Below, piece by piece: positions 8,125 through 16,173 of a stretch of DNA of 32,000 nucleotides (positions are counted from its first letter, which is position 1; every line of letters begins with the position of its first letter). The position numbers and the translations under genes are program-made. The stretch covers positions 4,740,001 to 4,772,000 of the forward strand of contig OY969938.1 of the NCBI GenBank assembly GCA_963704755.1, read 5' to 3'. The stretch comes from an uncultured Chloroflexia bacterium. Its GTDB lineage: Bacteria > Chloroflexota > Anaerolineae > Anaerolineales > Anaerolineaceae. The notes under the pieces are model-generated. The model had not been told where the DNA came from and made no database searches. It saw only the letters and a program-made list of their open reading frames with translations.

Positions 8125-9072
8125 TTAATTCGTTTTCATGCAGGCGATGAACACGTCTTCCAGGGATGGGTCGATCAGCGCTTTTTCCTGGACGCGGATA
8201 CCGGCCTGCTTAAGCTCATGCAGGATGGGTGTTTGTAATTTGGTCACGTCCGCGGCGGTCACGTGCACCAGCGAACCGTAGAGTTCGACCTCCTGCACCG
8301 CCAGGCGGCCCTCGCGTTGGGCCAGGCGCAGGAGCTTGACAGTCTCAACCGGGTCGGAGGTGGCCAGCTCGAGTACCTGGCCTTGCATGACCTGGTCCTT
8401 GATCTGCTGGGGCGGGCCATAAGCGATCAGCTTACCGTGCTGGATAAAACCCAGGCGGTGACAATGCTCGGCTTCATCCATATAGTGGGTGGTCACGAAG
8501 ACGGTCACGCCGCCGGCAACCTGTTTGTACAGCAAGTTCCAGAAGGTGCGCCGGGAGAGCGGATCTACTCCGGCGGTAGGCTCGTCCAGGAAGAGGATTT
8601 CCGGCTGGTGCAAGATGGCCGCGCTGAGGGCCAGGCGTTGGCGCCAGCCGCCGGAGAGGTCCCTGGTCTTGTGGTGGCGGTAGTCGTCCAGCCCGGCCAG
8701 GGCCAGGGCTTCTTCGATCCGCACGGCCAGGTGTTCGCGGGACAGGCCATAGGCCGCGCCGTAGAAATTGAGGTTTTGCAGCACGGTCAGGTCGTTGTAC
8801 AAGCTGAAGCGCTGCGACATGTACCCCACGCGCGGGCGGATGCGAGCCGAATTCCCCTCCACTTGCAGGCCTAACACCTCAACCGAGCCTGAAGTGGGCT
8901 TCATCAACCCCAGCAGCATACGGATGGTGGTGGTTTTGCCTGAGCCGTTTGGGCCGAGAAAACCGAAGATTTCTCCACGGTGGACTTCGAACTCGACGTT
9001 ATCTACGGCCGTGAAGTCGCCAAAGCGGCGGGTCAGGTGATGGGTGGCAATGGCTATTTCCATGTTATCCAT
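8125..9072 (-). CDS. ABC transporter ATP-binding protein (ABC-2/YbhF-like)
   Basis: 315 aa. Walker A GPNGSGKTT, signature LSGGWRQRL, Walker B ILFLDEPTAGVD, H-loop TTHYMDEA. Confidence 0.9.
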   Translation of the reverse strand: MDNMEIAIATHHLTRRFGDFTAVDNVEFEVHRGEIFGFLGPNGSGKTTTIRMLLGLMKPTSGSVEVLGLQVEGNSARIRPRVGYMSQRFSLYNDLTVLQNLNFYGAAYGLSREHLAVRIEEALALAGLDDYRHHKTRDLSGGWRQRLALSAAILHQPEILFLDEPTAGVDPLSRRTFWNLLYKQVAGGVTVFVTTHYMDEAEHCHRLGFIQHGKLIAYGPPQQIKDQVMQGQVLELATSDPVETVKLLRLAQREGRLAVQEVELYGSLVHVTAADVTKLQTPILHELKQAGIRVQEKALIDPSLEDVFIACMKTN

Positions 9073-9090
9073 GATCTTCTCCCATCTCTT

Positions 9091-10215
9091 TCAATCCAGG
9101 GCCCGGCGGACGAAGCGCCAGGAGAATGCACCGATCACCAATCCCAGCCCGAGCAGGATCAGCAGGTTGGGCCAGAGCACGTCCAGGCCGGCGCCTTTGA
9201 GCAGGATCCCGCGCAAGATCACCAGCCAGTGGTGAGCCGGGATCAGGTTGGCGAACCATTGCAGCACCTTGGGCATACTCTCCACCGGGGCGGCATATCC
9301 GGTAAACATGAAATCGACCATGCCGACCAGCAGCACCAGCAGGAAAGCCTGTTGTTGTGAATGCGACAATACCGATATAACCATCCCTTTGGCCAGTTCG
9401 ACCAGCAGGTAACCGAGAGCCAAGATGAATAACAAGGGTAATGAACCGTGGACGGGCACCCCGAAGGCAAAGTGGATCATGGTCAGCATCAACAGAAAGT
9501 CGCTGAAGCCGATGATGGCCACCGGGATGGCTTTACCGATCATGATTTCGAGTGAGGAATAGGGCATAACCAGCAATTGTTCCAGCGTGCCTAACTCACG
9601 TTCACGCGAGAAGCCCAGGGCGGCGAACAGCAGCACGGTGAATTCCAGCATCAAGCCCATTTCAGCCGGGGCGGTGTAGAGGGCTTCACTGAGGGTCGGG
9701 TTGAACCAGACCTGTAGGCTGGGATCGAAACCGCTGAATTGGGTTGGGCTCACTCCCAGGCGCTGCAGGAAGATGCGCTGGTCGAGCGATTGGACCAGAC
9801 CCTCGATGGTGTTCTCGGCCGTGGTAGCAGGCGTGCTTTCGGCACCCGAGAGGATGAATAGAAGCACCGGCTTTCCGGTCGGGGAGGCCATTTGGCGGTC
9901 ATAATCGGGCGGGATGACCAGGGCAGCATTGATCTTGCCTTGCTCGAGCGCAGTCTGGATGGTGTTCATGTCCTCGACGTATTGGGGGGCCTGAAAGGTA
10001 CCCGTGTTTTGGACGGCGCTGATCAGCGAGCGGCTGTAAGCACCGCGGTCCTGGTCCCAGACCATGTAGGGCAGGTTGGTCACCGGGCGCGAGGTGGCCC
10101 AGCCGACCAGGAGCAGCTCACCGGCCCCGCCGATCAGCATGAAGGCCGGCATCCACCAATCGTTGCGCAGATGGATAAATTCTTTGATTACGATAGACCA
10201 GATCCTTCTGAACAT
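9091..10215 (-). CDS. ABC-2 type transporter permease (YbhR/YbhS-like)
   Basis: 374 aa. It has an N-terminal TM helix, a large extracytoplasmic loop and a C-terminal cluster of about five TM helices. It is tightly packed against the neighbouring permease and ATPase genes. Confidence 0.85.
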   Translation of the reverse strand: MFRRIWSIVIKEFIHLRNDWWMPAFMLIGGAGELLLVGWATSRPVTNLPYMVWDQDRGAYSRSLISAVQNTGTFQAPQYVEDMNTIQTALEQGKINAALVIPPDYDRQMASPTGKPVLLFILSGAESTPATTAENTIEGLVQSLDQRIFLQRLGVSPTQFSGFDPSLQVWFNPTLSEALYTAPAEMGLMLEFTVLLFAALGFSRERELGTLEQLLVMPYSSLEIMIGKAIPVAIIGFSDFLLMLTMIHFAFGVPVHGSLPLLFILALGYLLVELAKGMVISVLSHSQQQAFLLVLLVGMVDFMFTGYAAPVESMPKVLQWFANLIPAHHWLVILRGILLKGAGLDVLWPNLLILLGLGLVIGAFSWRFVRRALD

Positions 10216-10218
10216 GAG

Positions 10219-11355
10219 CTACCCCAATCTCTTGCGAAAGAATAAGGACGCCAAAGCGATGAACGCTACCCCTAACGCCACCAGCATGACCGCATATGGC
10301 CAGAGCACATCCAGGCCGGCGCCTTGCAGAAAGATCCCGCGGGTGATGATGGCGTAATGGGTGCCCGGCAGGGCCAGGGCTTCCATACGTACTTCTTCGG
10401 GCATGGAGGCCAGTGGGAAGAAGATGCCGGTCAGGAAAAAGCCGGGGAAGAAGATCACCAGGAAGGAAAGCGCCAGGGCGGCCGCCTGGGTGCGCATAAA
10501 CACACCCACGATCATGCCCATGCTCAATACCGAAAAGAGGAACAGGGCCGACAGGCCAAAAAACAGCAGGAAATTCCCGTTAAACGATATGCCGAACCAG
10601 GCAATGGCCAGGATGGGGATGAGGATCACGTTGAACAGCCCGACGGTGATATAAGGGAAGATTTTGCCCAGCATCAGTTCGGCGCGGGTGATGGGGGTCG
10701 CCAGCAGTTGCTCCAAAGTGCCGTGCTCGCGCTCGTGGGCCAGGGTAAGGGCCACCGAAAGGGCCGGAAAGCCCAGCACCATCGAGATCAGGCCGGGGAT
10801 CAAAGCGTTGCGTGCCTTGAGGTCCGGGTTGAAACGGGTCTGGATGCGCAAGTCGATGGGCTGGATGGTATCCACGGAAAGGCCCTGGACACTCAACTGG
10901 TTTTGGATGGTTTGGGTGGCGAAACTCTCGGCGCGCCGGGAGATGTGCTGCACGGCAAAATTACCGCTTTCGGGCTCGGTGCCATCGATGATGACCTGGA
11001 TTGGAACGCCCTGCGCGGCCTGCAACTGTTCGGCAAAACCCGGCCCGATGATCAGGGCCGCCTTGATGGTACCGTTCATCATCAGTGTGTTGATTTCATC
11101 CATATTGGTGGCGACCGATTGCAGCTCCAGGTCTTGCCCGGCGGTGATCTGCTGGATGAAGGCCTGCGAGGCCTGGCTCTGGTCGTAATCCAGGACAGCG
11201 ATGGGCACGTCTTTGATATCCACGGTCAGGGCGTAGGCCATTAGCAGCAGTACCAGGGTAGGTGTAAACAGGACCAGGATGAGGGTGCTGCGGTCGCGGA
11301 AGATGTGGTTGAATTCTTTGCGGGTCACTGCCCAGATGTGACGAAATGACATCAT
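10219..11355 (-). CDS. ABC-2 type transporter permease (YbhS/YbhR-like)
   Basis: 378 aa with the same topology as the 9091-10215 paralogue. Its start overlaps the stop of the upstream ATPase by 4 nt (ATGA), which indicates translational coupling. Confidence 0.85.
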   Translation of the reverse strand: MMSFRHIWAVTRKEFNHIFRDRSTLILVLFTPTLVLLLMAYALTVDIKDVPIAVLDYDQSQASQAFIQQITAGQDLELQSVATNMDEINTLMMNGTIKAALIIGPGFAEQLQAAQGVPIQVIIDGTEPESGNFAVQHISRRAESFATQTIQNQLSVQGLSVDTIQPIDLRIQTRFNPDLKARNALIPGLISMVLGFPALSVALTLAHEREHGTLEQLLATPITRAELMLGKIFPYITVGLFNVILIPILAIAWFGISFNGNFLLFFGLSALFLFSVLSMGMIVGVFMRTQAAALALSFLVIFFPGFFLTGIFFPLASMPEEVRMEALALPGTHYAIITRGIFLQGAGLDVLWPYAVMLVALGVAFIALASLFFRKRLG

Positions 11356-12287
11356 TCCTCCTGGTTGCGAATCAAAGAGATAAAGGCTTCTTCCATGCGA
11401 GCCGGGGCGATGCGAATTTTCGTATAGGCAATACGGTTGGCTTTCATAAATTTTTGGACTTCCGCCAGCCGGCGCTGGCCCGAATCGACCAGGAGATGGA
11501 CCGATTCGCCATAGGTCTGGACTTCTGTGATCCAGGGAAGCCCGGCGACCAGGTCCGGTATCTTCTGCCAGTCAGCGGTCTGGACCTCGATAATCTCACC
11601 TTCCAGGTGGGCGCGGATGCTGCCCGGTGTGTCGCATTCGACCAGCCGGCCGGCGTACATGAGACCCACCCGCGAGCAGCGATCGGCTTCGTCCATGTAG
11701 GGTGTGCTGACCAGGATGGTGGCGCCGCCCAGGTGCAGGTCGGTCAGGATGTTCCAGAACTCGCGCCGCGAGATCGGGTCCACCCCGGTGGTGGGCTCGT
11801 CCAACAACAGGATCTCGGGCTGGTGGACCAGGGTACAGGCCAGGGCCAGCTTTTTTTGCATCCCACCGGAGAGGTACATGGCGCGCCGCTGGCGGAACTC
11901 GTTCAGCCCGGCGAAGGCGAGCAGTTTTTCGGTGCGCTCACCCAGCACGTGGGCCGGTACGTCGAATAACTCGGCGAAGAAGCGCAGGTTCTCGATCACC
12001 GAAAGCTCGGCGTACAGGCTAAACTGCTGGGCCATGTAGCCAACGTGGGGCTTGATCGCCTCGGCCTGGCCGGCCAGGTCGAAGCCCAGCACACTGGCGC
12101 TGCCGGAAGTGATGCCCAGCAGCCCGGCCAGCAGGCGCAGGGTGGTGGTCTTGCCAGCGCCGTCCGGCCCGACCAGCCCAAACAACTCACCCGGTTGGAT
12201 GGCCAGGTCCAGTTCGGCTACGGCGTGGGTCTTTTTGAAATCCCGCGACAGGGCTGTGGTTTGGATGACAGGGGCTGCGCCTGGCAT
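11352..12287 (-). CDS. ABC transporter ATP-binding protein (ABC-2/YbhF-like)
   Basis: 311 aa. Walker A GPDGAGKTT, signature LSGGMQKKL, Walker B ILLLDEPTTGVD, H-loop STPYMDEA. Confidence 0.9.
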   Translation of the reverse strand: MPGAAPVIQTTALSRDFKKTHAVAELDLAIQPGELFGLVGPDGAGKTTTLRLLAGLLGITSGSASVLGFDLAGQAEAIKPHVGYMAQQFSLYAELSVIENLRFFAELFDVPAHVLGERTEKLLAFAGLNEFRQRRAMYLSGGMQKKLALACTLVHQPEILLLDEPTTGVDPISRREFWNILTDLHLGGATILVSTPYMDEADRCSRVGLMYAGRLVECDTPGSIRAHLEGEIIEVQTADWQKIPDLVAGLPWITEVQTYGESVHLLVDSGQRRLAEVQKFMKANRIAYTKIRIAPARMEEAFISLIRNQEE

Positions 12288-12290
12288 GGC

Positions 12291-12560
12291 TTATTTCCGC
12301 GCCAGGCGGATGATCCACAGCACCAGCAGGGCGCCCATGACCGGCTCCAGGGCCACCCCCAGGTATTTAAGCGATGTGCTGAAGCCCATGGCCGGGATAA
12401 CGTACCAATCCAACAGCCCAACCGCAAGCGCAGTGATAATGGCGGCGATGTAATCTCCGCGAACACCAACCGGGCGGTTGTTCTTCCAGATGACTCCACC
12501 CAACCAGCCCACAATCAGGCCAACGACGATCATCAGGACGATCAGGATAACGATTTGCAT
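12291..12560 (-). CDS. GlsB/YeaQ/YmgE-family (transglycosylase-associated) small membrane protein
   Basis: 89 aa with three hydrophobic helices and the family pattern IVGLIVGWLGG...GDYIAAIITALAVGLL. A GAGGAGG Shine-Dalgarno lies 5 nt upstream of the ATG, on the minus strand. Confidence 0.8.
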   Translation of the reverse strand: MQIVILIVLMIVVGLIVGWLGGVIWKNNRPVGVRGDYIAAIITALAVGLLDWYVIPAMGFSTSLKYLGVALEPVMGALLVLWIIRLARK

Positions 12561-12582
12561 TTTAACCTCCTCTACGAATTTC

Positions 12583-12605
12583 TATAACTGACCGGTCAGT
12601 CATTA
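12583..12605. promoter_or_regulatory. Putative TetR operator copy 2 (TATAACTGACCGGTCAGTCATTA), between tetR and the glsB-ABC genes
   Basis: This 23-bp sequence is identical to 13243-13265. Its core is the perfect 14-bp palindrome ACTGACCGGTCAGT. It lies 22 nt upstream of the glsB-like start codon. Confidence 0.6.
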
Positions 12606-12621
12606 AAGGGCGTAAAAAAAT

Positions 12622-13221
12622 TTAGCGAGCCAACATTCCTTCCAGTAATAGCTCGATCCCGGTGTGAATGTGCCGGCCAGGCTCTACCAGGGTCTTATCG
12701 TATACCCATAACAAGACGGTGCCTTCGAAGATCGCGCCCATGGCAATGGCCGTTTCTTGGGGGTCAACCGGGCGGAACTCGCCGGTCTGGATACCATGTT
12801 GGACGATCGGGATAACCACTTCCATGTAGCGTTTCATGTATAGTTTGAGGGCAACCTGGACATACTTGTTGCGGAAGGCCAGGGCCAGGAATTCGTACGC
12901 AATCGGCATAATACGCATCATATCCAGGAAACCACGCGTGGCCATGTCGGTATATTGCCAGATGGCGTCAATCGCCGATATTTTGGCCAGATCCAGCTCT
13001 TCCATGCGTTTGAACTCGATATTGAAGATGCGATCGAGAATGGCCACGATCAGGTCGTCTTTACTTTTGAAATAGAGATAAAGGGTACCTTTACTTAACC
13101 CGGTTTTCCCCGCGATATCATCCATGCGCGCCTGGTAAAAACCTTTTTCGGTAAAGACCTGTTCGGCGGCATTGATGATCTGGTTTTTGCGTTCGTTGCT
13201 GACGTCTGGGCGAGGGGACAT
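12622..13221 (-). CDS. TetR/AcrR-family transcriptional regulator
   Basis: Taken from the internal ATG at 13221, giving 200 aa that begin MSPRPDVSNERKNQIINAAEQVFTEKGFYQARMDDIAGKTGLSKGTLYLYFKSKDDL (the TetR HTH). The longer ORF-track version (to 13461) would read through the operator and promoter and adds non-TetR sequence. Confidence 0.85.
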   Translation of the reverse strand: MSPRPDVSNERKNQIINAAEQVFTEKGFYQARMDDIAGKTGLSKGTLYLYFKSKDDLIVAILDRIFNIEFKRMEELDLAKISAIDAIWQYTDMATRGFLDMMRIMPIAYEFLALAFRNKYVQVALKLYMKRYMEVVIPIVQHGIQTGEFRPVDPQETAIAMGAIFEGTVLLWVYDKTLVEPGRHIHTGIELLLEGMLAR

Positions 13222-13242
13222 AGTGTTGGATAATCCTTTGTG

Positions 13243-13265
13243 TATAACTGACCGGTCAGTCATTA
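13243..13265. promoter_or_regulatory. Putative TetR operator copy 1 (TATAACTGACCGGTCAGTCATTA), in the tetR promoter/leader
   Basis: Exact 23-bp repeat of 12583-12605 with the 14-bp perfect palindrome core. It lies 22 nt upstream of the proposed tetR ATG and abuts the predicted -10 box. Confidence 0.6.
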
Positions 13266-13293
13266 TAATAGATCGTTTTTCGCCATTCGTCAA
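13265..13293 (-). promoter_or_regulatory. Sigma-70-like promoter for tetR (TTGACG-N17-TATTAT read on the minus strand)
   Basis: The reverse complement of 13288-13293 is TTGACG and the reverse complement of 13265-13270 is TATTAT, with a 17-nt spacer. The operator starts at the -10 edge. Confidence 0.45.
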
Positions 13294-13481
13294 GAGGAAA
13301 ATGTAATAAAGATACCTCATATTCGGGATCTTTACCTTTTGGGTTGAGCGGTACGGATACTTTTTATTTTCACCCCACGGGTATAAAATTACCCTGGCTG
13401 GTCTGAACAAGAGCGGAGCCGCCTGGCCTGCAATATCCGGGGCTTGCACAGCGAGCCCCACCTGCTCGGGTTAAGTGGTCC

Positions 13482-13515
13482 CGGAATTTGAGGTGCCATG
13501 ACACCTCAAATTCCG
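13482..13515. repeat. Short hairpin sharing the CGGAATTTGAGGTG / CACCTCAAATTCCG arms of the repeat family
   Basis: 14-bp perfect arms (13482-13495 and 13502-13515) with a 6-nt loop. The arm sequence is nearly identical to the inner hairpins at 15513-15567 and 20141-20194. No recognisable terminal inverted repeats surround it. Confidence 0.6.
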
Positions 13516-13572
13516 AGCATTTACCTGTTGGGCCAGGCAGCAATAATAAGAAAATTAAAAAGGAGGATTCAT

Positions 13573-14562
13573 ATGCGTGTTTTATTCATCGGTGGTACCG
13601 GAATAATCAGTACGGCCTGCACCAAGCTGGCCGACGAAATGGGGATGCAGGTGTATTTGCTCAATCGGGGCCAATCCACACGGCCTATCCCGGTGGGGGT
13701 GCAGGTGATCCAGGCTGACATTCGCAAACCAGAAACGGTCAGCCAGGCGCTAGGCGATATGACCTTCGACGCAGTGGTGGATTGGGTGGTGTTTACCCCG
13801 GAACAGCTCGAGCTCGACTTGGGGCTGTTCCGCGGGCGGACCGGTCAGTATATCTTTATCAGCTCGGCATCGGCCTACCAGACGCCGCCCGCGACCCTGC
13901 CGGTGACCGAATTGACGATCCTGGATAATCCTATTTGGAAATACTCCCAGAACAAGATTGCCTGCGAGGAAAGGCTGGTGCGGGCCTACCGCGAAGAGAA
14001 ATTCCCCATCACGATTGTGCGCCCCAGCCATACCTATGACCAGACCTCCATCCCTTTGAGCGGCGGCTGGACCGACCTGGACCGGATGCTCAAAGGCAAG
14101 CCGGTCATTGTGCCGGGAGATGGCACTTCCATCTGGGTCTTGACCCACAACTCCGATTTTGCCAAAGGGTTCGTGGGCCTGTTAGGCAATCCGCACGCCA
14201 TCGGCGAAGCGGTCCAAATCACCTCGGACGAGCTGCTCAACTGGAATCAGATCTACGAGCTGTTCGCTGGTGCCCTGGGCGTCAAGGCCGAGTTCGTCCA
14301 CATCCCTTCGGACCTGATCAACGCTTACGACCCGGAATGGGGCGCCGGGCTGTTGGGAGACAAATCCAACAGCATGATCTTCGATAACAGCAAATTGAAA
14401 CGGCTGGTGCCGGGTTTTGCCGCCTCGGTGCCCTTTGTACGTGGGGTAGAAGAGATGGTCACCTGGTACCGGCAGCACATCGACCACCAGGTGGTAAACC
14501 AAAACTTCAACCAGATGTGCGACCGGATTTTAACGGCTTACCGGTCCGCCTGGCCGAAGTAG
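13573..14562 (+). CDS. NAD-dependent epimerase/dehydratase family (extended SDR) protein
   Basis: Start moved to the ATG at 13573, which has an AGGAGG Shine-Dalgarno 6 nt upstream. The N-terminus MRVLFIGGTGIIS is a Rossmann GxxGxxG motif. The catalytic YSQNK (YxxxK) is present. Confidence 0.85.
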   Translation: MRVLFIGGTGIISTACTKLADEMGMQVYLLNRGQSTRPIPVGVQVIQADIRKPETVSQALGDMTFDAVVDWVVFTPEQLELDLGLFRGRTGQYIFISSASAYQTPPATLPVTELTILDNPIWKYSQNKIACEERLVRAYREEKFPITIVRPSHTYDQTSIPLSGGWTDLDRMLKGKPVIVPGDGTSIWVLTHNSDFAKGFVGLLGNPHAIGEAVQITSDELLNWNQIYELFAGALGVKAEFVHIPSDLINAYDPEWGAGLLGDKSNSMIFDNSKLKRLVPGFAASVPFVRGVEEMVTWYRQHIDHQVVNQNFNQMCDRILTAYRSAWPK

Positions 14563-14609
14563 ACTTTAGCTTTTGCCAATTTCCCCCTGCCTTTGGAGCT
14601 GGGGAGACT

Positions 14610-15455
14610 TTAACTCAGCAGCGTTTGAAGAACCGGGACGGGCTGGTTGAGTTCATCCTCGACCGATAAACCCGGTTCTTCGTTTTTATTTTTCCATTCC
14701 CAACTGTTCAGGTCGGAGATCAGGCGATAGGCTGTCAGGTCCAGTTGGATGGGAGTGATCGAAACGTAGCCTTCGCTCAGTGCGCCGAAATCGGTGCCGC
14801 GTTCGGCGATGCCCGTGGGCGATTCGCCGATGACCCAGTAGTACGGCCGGCCGCGCGGATCGGCGCGTTCGTCTACTTTGTCGTGGTACACGCGTAGTCC
14901 CATGCGGGTAATGCGCATGCCCTTGACCCGGTGAATGGGCAGGAAAGGCACGTTGACGTTCAACAGGTTTTCGGCCGGCAGTCCGTTGCGGATGCAGGCT
15001 TCGGCAACCAGCGCGGCGACTTCGCCGGCCGGCTTGAAATCGATAGTGCCCTGGTACGAGTCGGGCGTGTCGAGCGACATGGCGATGGCCGGCAGGCCCC
15101 AGATAGCGGCTTCCATGGCGGCGGTGACAGTGCCGGAATAGGTCACGTCATTGCCCAGGTTGGCATACGGGTTGATCCCGCTGACGACCAGGTCGACTTT
15201 TTCCTTGAGAAAGCCGCACACGGCCAGGGAGACGCAGTCGGAAGGCGCACCATCGCTGGCGTAAGCCGGGCTGCCGTCTTCCAAAACCACTTCGCGGACG
15301 CGCAGCGGCCGGTCGATGGTTTTGACATGCCCGGAAGCAGACCAGTTGCGGTCGGGGGCCAGAACAGTGACCTTTCCAAGGCTGCGCATGGCCTGGGCCA
15401 GCGTCAGCAAACCGGGAGAAAATACACCATCATCATTGGTGACGAGTATATGCAT
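14610..15455 (-). CDS. surE: 5'/3'-nucleotidase SurE
   Basis: 281 aa. The N-terminus MHILVTNDDGVFSPGL is the SurE signature. GINPYANLGNDVTYSGTVTAAMEA is also conserved. Confidence 0.9.
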   Translation of the reverse strand: MHILVTNDDGVFSPGLLTLAQAMRSLGKVTVLAPDRNWSASGHVKTIDRPLRVREVVLEDGSPAYASDGAPSDCVSLAVCGFLKEKVDLVVSGINPYANLGNDVTYSGTVTAAMEAAIWGLPAIAMSLDTPDSYQGTIDFKPAGEVAALVAEACIRNGLPAENLLNVNVPFLPIHRVKGMRITRMGLRVYHDKVDERADPRGRPYYWVIGESPTGIAERGTDFGALSEGYVSITPIQLDLTAYRLISDLNSWEWKNKNEEPGLSVEDELNQPVPVLQTLLS

Positions 15456-15485
15456 GATTTTTCCTTTCGTAAATAAACATTTTTA

Positions 15486-15596
15486 GTAACTGCACAGCCC
15501 AGAGGGAAGAAACCCGAATTTGAGGTGTATTCGTGGGCTTCGCCCACGAATACACCTCAAATTCGGGGACTTTTTCACAGGGTCCTGAGTAGTTAC
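15486..15596. mobile_element. Full-length (111 bp) nested-palindrome MITE-like element with a perfect 8-bp flanking direct repeat CATTTTTA
   Basis: Termini are GTAACTGCACAG.. (15486-) and ..CTGAGTAGTTAC (-15596). The inner hairpin has perfect 26-bp arms at 15513-15538 and 15542-15567 with a TTC loop. CATTTTTA occurs at 15478-15485 and again at 15597-15604. Confidence 0.7.
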
Positions 15597-15873
15597 CATT
15601 TTTATAACTTCCCAACCCGATGGATGCGACCTTCAAATTTGGAGTGCTTACCCATCCAGCCGGGTTGTTCCTATTGAAATAAAAATAGTGTGGGGTATGG
15701 TTCCTGACCCCACACTTGGAAAAGGAAGGAAGGAGATCCTTGGGTACTAGCCTGGAACGGATCGAAGGAATTTGATGGAGTAAGCAGCGATAAGAAATGA
15801 TCCATTCCATTAAAGATATGATAACCCGGACTTTTTCAAATCCAGAATAAGGCCAGGTTAATGGATTGTAAAA

Positions 15874-15934
15874 AGAGCCGCTGGGGGTGTTTTTTCACGT
15901 GTTTCACACGTGAAAAAACACCCCCAGCGGCTCT
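15874..15934. repeat. 61-bp perfect palindrome (28-bp arms, 5-nt loop) related to the inner hairpins of the repeat family
   Basis: AGAGCCGCTGGGGGTGTTTTTTCACGTG / CACGTGAAAAAACACCCCCAGCGGCTCT. The tip (TTCACGTG-TTTCA-CACGTGAA) parallels the tips of the 15513 and 16019 hairpins. It is followed by CTGAGTTG, which resembles the family's right terminus. No clear flanking duplication was found. Confidence 0.65.
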
Positions 15935-15992
15935 GAGTTGAGCTGATGCGATATAAAATAAATTTGGCTATTAGAGATAACGTTGATTATGT

Positions 15993-16104
15993 GTAACTGC
16001 TCAGGCTGGTTAAGAAGTAGAGAATGTTTTTGAAGATTTTCGTGTGGTTCGCACACGAAAATCTTCAAAAACACTCTCTTTCTATCGGGTAGCTGAGTAG
16101 TTAC
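15993..16104. mobile_element. Full-length (112 bp) nested-palindrome MITE-like element with a perfect 8-bp flanking direct repeat GATTATGT
   Basis: Termini are GTAACTGCTCAGGC (15993-16006) and AGCTGAGTAGTTAC (16091-16104). The inner hairpin is at 16019-16079 (about 28-bp arms with one mismatch, loop GTTCG). GATTATGT occurs at 15985-15992 and 16105-16112. Confidence 0.7.
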
Positions 16105-16173
16105 GATTATGTTAGTATTATACAGAGCAGGGTGAATGGAGTTTCATCAATTTATGCTGCAAAGGTAGAAAAG

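Noticed and set aside
2353-12587. Long antisense or alternate-frame ORFs overlapping the kinase, HlyD and ABC genes (for example 2353..3150 minus, 7143..7565 plus, 8263..8874 plus, 10324..11244 plus, 11346..11969 plus, 12045..12587 plus)
   Set aside because: Each overlaps a gene with clear family motifs on the other strand or frame. The translations are low complexity (Gly/Asp/Gln/His/Arg runs) with no recognisable domains.
13222-13461. N-terminal 80-codon extension of the TetR ORF
   Set aside because: It would translate through the operator palindrome and the predicted promoter, and it has no TetR similarity. The HTH begins right after the Met at 13221.
13498-13572. The upstream ATG at 13498 as the epimerase start
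   Set aside because: That start lies inside the 13482-13515 hairpin loop. The ATG at 13573 has a perfect AGGAGG, and the Rossmann motif begins immediately after it.
14561-14612. 8-bp direct repeat AGACTTTA at 14561-14568 and 14605-14612, spanning the stop codons of the convergent epimerase and surE genes (possible tiny insertion with a target duplication)
   Set aside because: The 36 bp between the copies has no terminal inverted repeats and only a 4-bp GC stem. It has no similarity to the MITE family. A chance repeat or a weak terminator region cannot be excluded, but nothing further supports an element.
15433-15810. 125-aa minus-strand ORF in the surE-zwf spacer
   Set aside because: It overlaps the surE start and runs through a MITE copy and decayed hairpin remnants. 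It has no Shine-Dalgarno and no recognisable protein features.
15600-15870. tRNA or small RNA gene in the long surE-zwf spacer
   Set aside because: The hairpins here (15613-15669 imperfect, 15687-15716 with a 9-bp stem) do not form a cloverleaf and lack conserved T-loop or D-loop motifs. One contains ACCTTCAAATTTGGAG, a decayed arm of the repeat family.
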